From positions 1 through 64,000 of IMG/VR virus record IMGVR_UViG_3300042691_053984: 64,000 nucleotides of DNA; one strand, given 5' to 3'. The notes below the pieces were generated by a model, which had not been told where the DNA came from, searched no databases, and saw only the letters and a list, made by a program, of their open reading frames with translations. This document shows positions 27,207 to 36,800 of this stretch, piece by piece; position 1 is the first letter of the stretch; every line of letters starts with the position of its first letter. The position numbers were made by a program, and so were the translations under genes. Origin of the DNA: a virus.

Positions 27207-27257
27207 TTGATCATACGGTAACGGTTCATTGAAAAGTAAAGAGTCGCTTTTGTTTTT

Positions 27258-27333
27258 GCTGGAGTAGCTCAGTCGGTAGAGCTCTCGATTTGTAATCGAG
27301 GGGTCGCAGGTTCAAGTCCTGTCTCCAGCACCA
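27258..27333 (+). tRNA. tRNA-Thr(TGT)
   Basis: Canonical cloverleaf, CTCGA-TTTGTAA-TCGAG, CCA end. Confidence 0.93.
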
Positions 27334-27347
27334 AAAAAAACATCGAT

Positions 27348-27419
27348 GTGCCTATAGCTTAGCGGGAAAAGCCGTCTATAGTCAAGGCGAGGACGAAGGT
27401 TCGAATCCTTCTGGGCACA
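27348..27419 (+). tRNA. atypical or degenerate tRNA-like gene, anticodon AGT if read canonically
   Basis: Acceptor GTGCCTA/TGGGCAC, perfect T arm GAAGG-TTCGAAT-CCTTC, D stem GCTT/AAGC; anticodon loop ATAGTCA has C37, no nucleotide 26, 3' TCA instead of CCA. Confidence 0.6.
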
Positions 27420-27436
27420 TCATCTTTATCTCATGT

Positions 27437-27530
27437 GGGAGTGTAGGTTAATGGTTAAACCCCCGGCCTTATACTCCGGTCAGAGTCTGATAAGCTCAAT
27501 ATGTGGGTTCAACTCCCACCGCTCCCACCA
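27437..27530 (+). tRNA. tRNA with TAT anticodon (nominal Ile) and long variable arm
   Basis: Acceptor GGGAGTG/CGCTCCC, loop CTTATAC, 23-nt variable region, A73, CCA. Confidence 0.8.
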
Positions 27531-27537
27531 TCACCAT

Positions 27538-27610
27538 GCACCCATAGCTCAACGGTTAGAGCCGCCCGCTCATAACGGGTTGGTTGGGGGTTCAAATCCC
27601 TCTGGGTGTA
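27538..27610 (+). tRNA. tRNA-CAT (Ile2 or elongator Met)
   Basis: GCCCG-CTCATAA-CGGGT anticodon arm, TTCAAAT T-loop; CCA not encoded. Confidence 0.85.
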
Positions 27611-27616
27611 CTCATT

Positions 27617-27693
27617 GCCCTCGTAGCTCAGTTGGATAGAGCGACGCATTCCTAACGCGTAGGTCACAAGTTCGATCCTTGTCGGGGGCACCA
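27617..27693 (+). tRNA. tRNA-Arg(CCT)
   Basis: Loop TTCCTAA, TTCGATC T-loop, CCA end. Confidence 0.92.
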
Positions 27694-27736
27694 AATTTGT
27701 TTATACAAACTAATTGTCTTATATAAGATGTAACAT

Positions 27737-27812
27737 GCGGGTTTAGCTCAGCTAGTAGAGCGGCGTCCTTCCAAGTCGCAGGTCGTCGGGGCAGAACCGA
27801 CAATCCGCTCCA
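27737..27812 (+). tRNA. tRNA-Gly(TCC) with non-canonical T and D loops
   Basis: Loop CTTCCAA, U73-CCA; T-loop GGCAGAA, D-loop AGCTAGTA. Confidence 0.82.
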
Positions 27813-27827
27813 AATAATAAATTTAAA

Positions 27828-28664
27828 GTGCAACAATTTATTTGCAAAATTTGTGAGAAAGAGTTTGAGACCGGGCAGTCTTTGGGGTCTCACAAACGAT
27901 CGCACTCAAGAAAATTAATTAATTGTGAAATTTGTCACCAAAAATTTGGTGTCAATTCACTTGAAAAGCACAAAATAATTTGCCTTGAAAAAGAAAGATT
28001 GAGTTACAAGCATTGTGAAAAATGCGGAAAAGATTTCAAATCTTACTCAAGTCGTTTTTGTAGTAGAAGTTGTGCAAATGGTCATTCAGTAAATGAACAT
28101 CAAAAAATGAAAGTTTCAAGTTCGCTTATCTTTCATCACTCAGAATCAGAAAGCTTTCTCTTAAAAAGAAAAGATAAAAATTGTAAATATTGCGGAATTA
28201 TAACAAAATCGATCAATAATCGCCCAACTAAAGAGTATTGCACACCCCCTTGTTTAAAAGCAAAAGAAAAGAAATCACAAGCTATTTCTTTAAAAGTAAA
28301 AGGTAAGACTGGTGGCTATAGAAAACAGGGTGGAAGAGGTAAAGGATGTTTTTATAAAGAAATTTGGCTGGATTCGTCTTGGGAATTGGCGTTGGCTAAG
28401 CGATTAGATGATTTAGGAATTAGTTGGGAGCGAGACACAGGTAAACATAGATTGCCATACTTTGATGAAAGTGGAAATAAAAAAAATTATTTTCCTGATT
28501 TTTACATACCAAGCCTTAATCTTTATATTGAAGTAAAAGGATTTTGGACTCCAGGCGTAAAGTACAAAATGCTTGCAGTAGAGCAAAATAATAAACATCT
28601 CAATATTTTGATACTAGATTCTCTTTCTCAAATTGAAACATTAAAATTGAATATTGATGCGTAG
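27828..28664 (+). CDS. zinc-finger + PD-(D/E)xK endonuclease (homing-endonuclease-like) inside the tRNA cluster
   Basis: C2H2 finger CKIC..HKRSH, further CxxC clusters, then DSSWELALAKRLD...YFPDFYI...YIEVKG; much more AT-rich than its flanks. Confidence 0.8.
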   Translation: MQQFICKICEKEFETGQSLGSHKRSHSRKLINCEICHQKFGVNSLEKHKIICLEKERLSYKHCEKCGKDFKSYSSRFCSRSCANGHSVNEHQKMKVSSSLIFHHSESESFLLKRKDKNCKYCGIITKSINNRPTKEYCTPPCLKAKEKKSQAISLKVKGKTGGYRKQGGRGKGCFYKEIWLDSSWELALAKRLDDLGISWERDTGKHRLPYFDESGNKKNYFPDFYIPSLNLYIEVKGFWTPGVKYKMLAVEQNNKHLNILILDSLSQIETLKLNIDA

Positions 28665-28730
28665 TAGCTCAGTCGGTAGAGCATGTGGCTGTTAACCACA
28701 GTGTCGCTGGATCGTTCCCAGCCTGCGCAG
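28658..28730 (+). tRNA. tRNA-Asn(GTT)
   Basis: TGCGTAG/CTGCGCA acceptor, TGTGG-CTGTTAA-CCACA, G73; T-loop ATCGTTC; overlaps the endonuclease stop codon. Confidence 0.85.
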
Positions 28731-28735
28731 TACAT

Positions 28736-28822
28736 GGAAGTGTGCTAGAGTGGTTTAATAGACCGGTCTTGAAAACCGGAGAGATGTGATAGTCTCCGTG
28801 GGTTCGAATCCCACCGCTTCCT
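28736..28822 (+). tRNA. tRNA-Ser(TGA)
   Basis: CCGGT-CTTGAAA-ACCGG, long variable arm, TTCGAAT. Confidence 0.9.
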
Positions 28823-28854
28823 AAGAATACTTTTGAGGTCCATATATACGGATA

Positions 28855-29783
28855 TGAAACTACGTTCACTAATGCACAACCTGTTCGTTGAAAACGCCGA
28901 CCTCCGTCGCATGGACGTCGCACAGATCATCGACGACACAGATCCGGCCTACCTGCAAAAGACTCTCGACACCAGGAATCCAGGTGGTAGCCTCCAGGCA
29001 GGCTCACAGTTCCTGACTCCCATGACGGTCGAGGACCTTAAGTCCGCCGAGTGGATTCCGCTCAGCCATCCCGCCGTCAAGTCTCCGGCCATCGCCTTCA
29101 CGGCCCAGATCCCGGGTAAGTTGGGTATCACGGAGATAGACAACCTCGACGACGACGCTCCTGTCAAGTTTCAGCTGTCACACGGCGGCACAGGCGGTAA
29201 GAGCGGTAGGTCAGCCGAGGTCGTCTCCACGTTTTCTGACGCTCTCTTGAGAGTGGACAACACCACCCTGATCGCGGGGCCGAGCGGTGACAAGACGGTG
29301 GTGTGGACGTTTCACCCGGGCGATCCGTCTCCGCCCTTCAACGAGATCACGATCGACGACGTTCGAGAACTGTACCCTGACATGTTGGCGACGGCGCGAG
29401 AGGCCCGAGAGTTGGGCTTCAACTTCGTCAAAAAAGTCGACTCATTGGGCATCAATGAAGGTAGGATCACCGATTTTTTCAAGGGTCTTGCCGGCATACC
29501 AACATATGATAAGGAAAAAATGGGATTCAACGTGCCCAAGAACGAGTGGTTCTTGAAGCACATCAATGAATTGAATCCCGCCAAGCTCGGTTCTCTCATG
29601 CGTAGCGTCTCGTCCGCCGTGGGGCAGGCACCGTACATCATGCACGATTCGGTGCAGTCAGAGGTCTCACGTTTGAGGGACTACATCAGGGCTACCCTCA
29701 AGCAGAGGGGCTACGACAACGAATATGCGATGAGGGTGAGCAACGGTTTGATATACCACGCCTACAAGGGTGGAAGTGAGTGA
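28855..29783 (+). CDS. hypothetical protein with LxxLFVE leader
   Basis: Start MKLRSLMHNLFVE; GC-rich ORF between tRNA genes. Confidence 0.75.
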
Positions 29784-29784
29784 C

Positions 29785-29855
29785 GGGGGATTAGTTTAGG
29801 GGTAAAACATGTGCTTTGCACGCACAGGTCACCAGTTCGACTCTGGTATCCTCCA
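29785..29855 (+). tRNA. tRNA-Ala(TGC)
   Basis: GGGGGAT/ATCCTCC with G3-U70, TGTGC-TTTGCAC-GCACA. Confidence 0.9.
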
Positions 29856-29889
29856 TTTAAATTTGCTTCGTGTCTTTGGTCTCATACTT

Positions 29890-30480
29890 ATGATCATGAC
29901 GATCAACTCCAAGCGTAGGAACAAGAGCATCACACTGAAGCTGCAGTACCTAAAGCTTGAGCTAGAAGAGCGCGAAGATGAGTTGCGAGCCCTTGAGAAA
30001 GAATTCTTGAGAGAATTGAGCTCTCTGCAGCTAGAGTCCCTCTCACTTCCGCACAAATCCGCTCCTCCTGCCCGGGTATCTCCGCCGCATCCTGATGAAG
30101 TCATCGACTTTTCCCCTCGTCAAGAGGGTCCTGATGACGTCAAGAAGCTGTGGAGAAACATCGCACTTGTCACTCATCCTGACAAGACAGGAGGAGATCC
30201 CATAAAGGATGAACTATACAAAAAAGCGGGTGATTCTTGGAAGGGCGGATCGTACATCGATCTGTACAAGATAGCGCTTGAGCTCGGCATCGAACCACCT
30301 GACACGGACACGACGTACACGATCCTAGAGTCACTGTCTCTAGACCTAGAAAAAAAGATAAAGGAGAGGGAAAAGTCCCTGCTATGGGAATGGGGGCACT
30401 CTTCAGACCCCGCGAAGAGGCAGGGGTTGATGGATGCATACCTCGCGTCCATGGGAAAAAAGAGAAAAAATTTGAGTTGA
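29890..30480 (+). CDS. J-domain (DnaJ-like) protein with N-terminal coiled coil
   Basis: VKKLWRNIALVTHPDKTGGD: HPD motif between helices. Confidence 0.75.
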   Translation: MIMTINSKRRNKSITLKLQYLKLELEEREDELRALEKEFLRELSSLQLESLSLPHKSAPPARVSPPHPDEVIDFSPRQEGPDDVKKLWRNIALVTHPDKTGGDPIKDELYKKAGDSWKGGSYIDLYKIALELGIEPPDTDTTYTILESLSLDLEKKIKEREKSLLWEWGHSSDPAKRQGLMDAYLASMGKKRKNLS

Positions 30481-30481
30481 G

Positions 30482-30511
30482 GTGAAAACGTCGTCGAGAC
30501 TGTTTTAATAT
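30482..30511 (+). promoter_or_regulatory. putative promoter of the two tRNA-Leu genes
   Basis: GTGAAAA-17 nt-TAATAT, 14 nt before tRNA-Leu(CAA). Confidence 0.55.
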
Positions 30512-30525
30512 GGAAAAGAAAATGA

Positions 30526-30611
30526 GCCCAAGTGGTGGAATGGTAGACACGACAGACTCAAAATCTGTTATCCGTGAGGGTGTGCGAGTTCGAGTCTCGC
30601 CTTGGGCACCA
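30526..30611 (+). tRNA. tRNA-Leu(CAA)
   Basis: ACAGA-CTCAAAA-TCTGT, long variable arm, CCA. Confidence 0.93.
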
Positions 30612-30616
30612 GATGA

Positions 30617-30699
30617 GCCAAAGTGGTGTAATTGGCAGCCACGCGTGACTTAGGATCACGTGCTCGTAGAGCGTGCAGGTTCAAGTCCTGTCTTTGGCA
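30617..30699 (+). tRNA. tRNA-Leu(TAG)
   Basis: CGTGA-CTTAGGA-TCACG, long variable arm, A73. Confidence 0.92.
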
Positions 30700-30710
30700 C
30701 TGAATCAACG

Positions 30711-30740
30711 AGGCCGGGGAATTACTTCCCCGGCCTTTTT
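30711..30740 (+). terminator. intrinsic terminator after the tRNA cluster
   Basis: AGGCCGGGGA...TCCCCGGCCT followed by T-run. Confidence 0.85.
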
Positions 30741-30813
30741 GAGTTTAAGAACCTGCAACATTCGGTTGAGACATTGGCGCCGAGCATCCAGAGCCATTCA
30801 CAGAATGAATATC

Positions 30814-30848
30814 AAAAACGGGCCAGGGTAATCCTGGCCCGTTTTTTT
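30814..30848. terminator. bidirectional intrinsic terminator
   Basis: AAAAACGGGCCAGG-GTAAT-CCTGGCCCGTTTTTTT; T-tracts on both strands, just past the stop of the 2054 aa gene. Confidence 0.85.
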
Positions 30849-30862
30849 TCTGTCACTACGTG

Positions 30863-33800
30863 TTACACGAGGACCTGGACGATGGGGAACGTTGCCGATA
30901 TCACGATCTTGAAGTCGTCGTAGAAGATCTGGTCGGCGCCGAACACTTTCACCTTCGTGTCGAGTGGTTGCTTTCCGACGAGAACGAACTGTCTTCTGTT
31001 GATCGGGACCACGGCCCAGACTCCACCTCCACCCGGACCATCGTAGGTGATGGCCGCAGTGCCTACCGCGATGTTTTTGGCAAAGTTTCTCGAAGAGATC
31101 GAGCCCACCTCCACCACGGACGTGTCAAACACGTAACCTTCAGGCAGGGTAAATATGTAATTACCGCTTCCTCGGTTCACACCGGTCAACACGATCGTGT
31201 TGTTCATGTTCGCCATTCCGCTCTCGACGGTGATGAACACGGGATCCAAGGCGGTGCCCGCGCTGAATGAGGAGCTGGTTTCAAACTGCAGGTTCGTGCC
31301 GCCCATCAGCAGGCTTCCGCTTTGCTGAAAGAAGTCTCCCGCAACGACGCTGTTGACGGACGCCGCGAGGGGTTTTCTTTCGTCAAAAAACTGGAGCAAG
31401 TCGCCCCCGCTGCCGACAGTTACCTTGGTGACGAAAGAGGCCGAAGTGCTGAGGGTCGACGTACCTGCGGCCGTACCGATGATGAAGTTATCGTTATTGG
31501 CCGGTGCCACAGTCAGCGAAGAGGAGGGATTCAGGACAAGCCTCCTGTCTACCTCGTTGGTCGTGAGGTCGGCCCGTAAAAATCCGGTGTGCGGAAGGAC
31601 CTCGGTGCTGGTGGTATTACCTCCAACAAAGAGCCTTGCGCCAAACGGAGAAACTGTGTTAATGGCCGGTGAACCCGCAAGTCTCGCATCCCAGTCCAGA
31701 ACTCTTCCTGTGGTGGTGTCAATTGCACCGACGCCCTTGCGTGACACCGAATCCAAGGTCGTGAAGGCTCCTCCGACGTACAGGCTCGACCCAGACACTG
31801 CGAGGGCGAAGACAGCGGAACCCGGGCGCGGGTTAAATCCGGAGGGCTCCCCTGTCGTCGTGTCCACCTCCCCGAGGTAGGTCCGCGACGAGCCGCTGAG
31901 GGTGGTGAAGACTCCTCCGACGTACAGGCTCGACCCAGACACTGCGAGGGCGTAGACGAAGTTACCTGCGTTTGACGCAAACGCCGTCGGTGTTCCGGTC
32001 GTTGTGTCCACCGCCCCGAGGTAGGTCCGCGACGACCCGCTGAGGGTGGTGAAGGTACCACCTACGTACAAGCTCGACCCAGACACTGCGAGGTCGTTGA
32101 CTTGGCTTCCTACGCTTGTGTCTGCGGCAAAGGGCAGCAGGTTGCCAGTCGTTGTGTCCACCGCTCCGAGGCGGAGACGGGACGAGCCGCTGAGGGTGGT
32201 GAATGAACCACCTACGAACAGGCTCGATCCCGACACTGCGAGGGCGAGGACGGTGCCACCTGCGTCTGCGGCAAATGGCAACAGGTTGCCAGTCGTTGTG
32301 TCCACCGCGCCGAGGCGGTCTCGGGTTGACCCGCTGAGGGTGGTGAAGACTCCTCCGACGTACAGGCTCGACCCCGACACTGCGAGGGCGAGGACGGTGT
32401 TGTTGGTGTCCACTTTGAACGTCGCATCCAGCTTTCCGTCAGATCGGATCTTTGCGAGCCTGAGTCTTTGCTCACCCAAGACACCGGTGAAAGATCCACC
32501 GATGATGGTGCTGCCGTCAGGCAAAGTGACAGAATCATTAACGTCTCCTCCGCTTGCGGCGATTCCACCCAAGTATCCGGTTCTCTCCGGAGAGATCGCC
32601 GTGTTAAAGAATGCACCTCGATCTGCGGCCTTAAACGGAGAGCCGAATGTGCCGGCCATGTAAAGATCTGAACCCGTGACGACGATGTTGTTGACGTTCA
32701 GCGTCGCCAGGCTCGTGGATCCCACCCTGAGTCCCGACCGATTTATCTCTCCCGTTCCCGCGTTGACCGTTATGAGCCCGTTGAACTGTGTGGGTTCCAG
32801 CGCGTTCGAGGCTCCCGTAAACTGCCCGCCGATGAACACCTTGCTTCCCAAGGAGGAGATTGTACTAACATCGGTTCCCCTAATTGATGGGTTGATGGTA
32901 CGAGCCCCCAACGCCGTTGATGTTGCTCCGAAGAACGTGCGCGGGATAGTCGACGTAATCCTCGTGAACGAACCTCCCCAGTACAAGGTCGACCCAGACA
33001 GGGCCAAGGCAAGGACGGAACCATTAGCTCCAATATTACCCACGGGGGTGCCTGTCGTGGTGTTCACAGCACCACCGTAGAGTGCGCTTGAACCAGAGAG
33101 GGTGGTGAATGTACCTCCTACGAACAGGGTCGATCCAGATACCACCAGGGCCCTGACGCTGGTCGATGTGGTCATGTTTGCGGCAAAGGGCAGCAGGTTG
33201 CCAGTCGTTGTGTTCACCGCCCCGAGGCCGACCCGCGACGAGCCGCTGAGGGTGGTGAAGACTCCACCTACGTACAGGGCCGAGCCGGAAACGGCCAGGA
33301 CCCAGGGGACGGCGTTGGCGTCTGCGGCGAACGGCGTCGGTGCCCCTGTCGTCGTGTTCACAGCACCGAGGCTGTTCCGCGACGACCCGCTGAGGGTGGT
33401 GAAGGTACCACCTACGTACAAGCTTGATCCAGACACCTCTAGCGAGTAAACTGTGGACGGTGCGTTTGTGTTTGCGGCAAACGGCCTCAGGTTGCCAGTC
33501 GTTGTGTCCACCGCTCCGAGGCTGACTCGGGACGAGCCGCTGATGGTGGAGAAAAATCCTCCGATGAACAACGACGATCCGGACACCTTCAGGGCTTGGA
33601 CTGTGTTTCCTACGTTGGGATTAAACGCAAGGTCCAGCGTGCCATCAGATTTTATCTTTGCCACGTTGTTTCTTGCTACGCCGAGGACGCTGGAGAACGC
33701 TCCTCCGATGAACACGCTTCCTTCAGGTAAACCGGCAGACGCGTTGATGACGCCGAGAGCGCTGCCCGATGTCACGTCCACGTAGTTGGTGATCGCGCCC

Positions 33801-36800
33801 GGTAGCGTGGGATCCCCGTCAATCAACAATCCTGAGGCTGCGTTCTCCACGTAGTGTTGAAACATTCCGCCGATATAGAGATCCGAACCTGTGACGGCGA
33901 GGGTGCTGACGGACCCAGATAGACCAAACCTCGCATCAAATGATCCGTCGATGGCACCCGTAGTCGAATCAACAACGCCGAAGCGGTTCCTGTTTTGGTT
34001 GGAAATTCTGGTGAACTCTCCGCCTACATACAACCTAGAACCTGAAACCGCCAGAGCCCTGACTGCGCCGTTCGCGTCTGCGGCAAACGCCGTGGGCGCC
34101 CCCGTTGTGGTGTTCACAGCACCGGTGTAGGATTTTGTCGAACCGCTGAGGGTCGTGAAGTTACCCCCGACGTACAGGCTTGACCCCGACACTGCCAGGG
34201 CGAAGACGGCGCTATTTGTGGACGCAGCAAATGGCCTCAGGTTGCCAGTCGTTGTGTCCACCGCGGCGAGGCACAACCGGGTTGACCCGCTGAGGGTGTT
34301 GAAGATTCCACCCGCGTACAAAGCAGACCCAGACACTACGAGGGCGTAGACGCTACCGTTTGCGTTCGGGTTCCACGAAGAATTGAGCGTACCGTCCGCG
34401 TTGATCTTGGCCAGCCTGTTCCTTGTCTGTCCGAGGATGGTCGTGAAGTCTCCACCGACAATCACGCTGTTGTCAGGAAGAACGACAGAGGCAGAGACAG
34501 CCGCGTTGGTCGCGAGACTCTTGATGTTGAGGAACCCAGAATCTGACTTTCTCGCAGACATTCCACCCTGGACAACCCTGGTTTTTTGCCTGAAAGCCCC
34601 TCCCAAGAACACATCCGATCCCCAGATAGAAATGGAGTTCACTCCGCCGTCGACGGCGCTCGATGAAATAAATGTCCCTGTCGTCGTATCCACCACGGCA
34701 AAATTGTTTTGAAGCGTTCCGGTGATAGAGGTGAAAACTCCACCCACGTACAGTCTTGACCCCGACACCGCCAGGGCGTTGACGTTGCCGTTCGCGTCTG
34801 CGGCAAACGACGTCGGTGTTCCGGTGGTGGTGTTCACAGCACCGAGGTCGGAGCGTACAGAGCCGCTGAGAGCGGTGAAGTCTCCTCCTACGTACAAGGC
34901 GGATCCAGAGACCGCCAGAGCTCTGACAGCTGTTCCGCCTGTCGCACCAGCGGCAAAAGACCTCAAGTTGCCCGTCGTGGTGTCCACCGCGCCGAGGCGG
35001 TCTCGGGCTGAGCCGCTGAGGGTGGTGAAGTCTCCGCCTACGAATAGGCTCGACCCCGACACCGCCAGGGCGTAGACGAGGGAACCGGATGATACATCTG
35101 CGGAGAAATTCTGAAAAACCAGGCTCTTGTCTAGAACACCGGAACCGTATGTTTTTCTATAGTTGGCGTTGAGCGCTGCGAGCTTTTGTTTCCTTGAGAG
35201 GTATATGTGTTCTCCCGGTGACAGCCACAGCTCATTATTTCTCATGAAAAGATGGGAGATGCTGCCGCGGGTTCCCAGAATTTCCTGAGATTTTATGTTT
35301 CCCGTCGTGGTGTCCACGGCTCCAAAGCAGGCCTGCAACGACCCGCTGAGGGCGCCGAAAGTTCCGCCCACGTACAAGGTCGACCCCGACACCGCCAGGG
35401 CGTTGACTGTGTTGTTTGTGTCTGCGGCAAATGGAAGCAGGTTACCAGTCGTGGTGTCCACCGCGGCGAGGCGGTTTCGGGCTGAGCCACTGAGGGTGGT
35501 GAATGTACCACCTACGAACAGGCTCGACCCAGACAACGTCAGGAAGTTGACTGTGTTGTTTGTGTCTGCGGCAAATGGAAGCAGGTTACCAGTCGTGGTG
35601 TCCACCGCGGCGAGATCGAGGCGTTGTACGCCTTGTACGACTGAGAAAGCCCCTCCGACGAATAGCGTCGATCCTGACAACACCAGCTCGTTGACGTTGC
35701 CGTTCACGTATGGAACGAAGGCCTTCACGTTGCCCGTCGTGGTGTCCACCGCCCCGAGGAAGTCTCGGAATGATCCGCTGAGGGTGGAGAATGTACCTCC
35801 GACGAACAGGGTCGATCCAGATACCACCAGGGCGCTGACGGTGCTGTTGGCGGTTGCCTCAAACCTTGTGGCCTGACCTGTCGTGATGTCCACCGCCCCA
35901 AGACGGGTTCGAATTGAGCCACCCAAGGCGCTGAACTGTCCGCCCACGTACAAGGTCGACCCAGACACTGCGAGGGAGTTGACGGTGCTGCTCGGTTCCG
36001 GATTAAATATAGGATCCAGGGTATCATCGGCCCTTATCTTTACGAGGTTTCTCCTTACCTCCCCCAAGATATTTGTGAAGGAGCCTCCGACAATGGTGCT
36101 GCCGTCCGGCAGGTCGATTGACGTGAAAACTGTGCCGAAGGCGCCGAGAGGATATCTCTTTATTTGACCGTTTACCGTGTTGAGGGAGAACAACCTCTCG
36201 CCGTTCGTGCCGACGTAATCAAAGTCTCCGCCCGCAAACAACGTAGATCCGGACAACTTCAGCGCCCTTACAGTCGAGTTCGTCGTCACGTCCCAAGACG
36301 ATAGTTGTCCGTCGCTGCCTATGTGCGCAAGGTTGTTTCTGCGGTCTTCATTGCACCTCGTGAACGTACCTCCGACAAATGCGCCGCCCGTTCCGTCAGG
36401 CTCTATGGCCAGGACAGTTCCGTTGATTCCGACGAGGGCGTCCCTTGCTTGAGTTGAGATAGAGGCAAAATCAAAAGATCCCCTCCTCCCCTCGAGGGGT
36501 CTCGATCCCGTGAGGGCGACCCCAAACCCTTTGACATTTTCGTCGATATTGACGGAACCGTCTGACCCGGACGTCAACCGGATATTTCCGCCGGCCTTCA
36601 GGTAATCGCTGCCGTCGACGAGCCTCGCCAGAGAGCCTGAGATTGTGTCAACGACGAGTGCATTCGTGGTCTTGTTGAACGTGAACGTGGACGATCCGTT
36701 GACCGCAGTCCCACCGTCATTGAAAAACACACTCCCGTCGACGCCGGGCGGCGTCGACGGGGCTGCGGTGGATGAGATGGTGATCGATCCGTTTGAGGCA

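Noticed and set aside
27437-27530. Reading the CTTATAC loop as an ochre (TTA) suppressor, implying stop-codon recoding
   Set aside because: Stem geometry puts U33 before TAT; genes are full length in the standard code and all three stop codons terminate genes.
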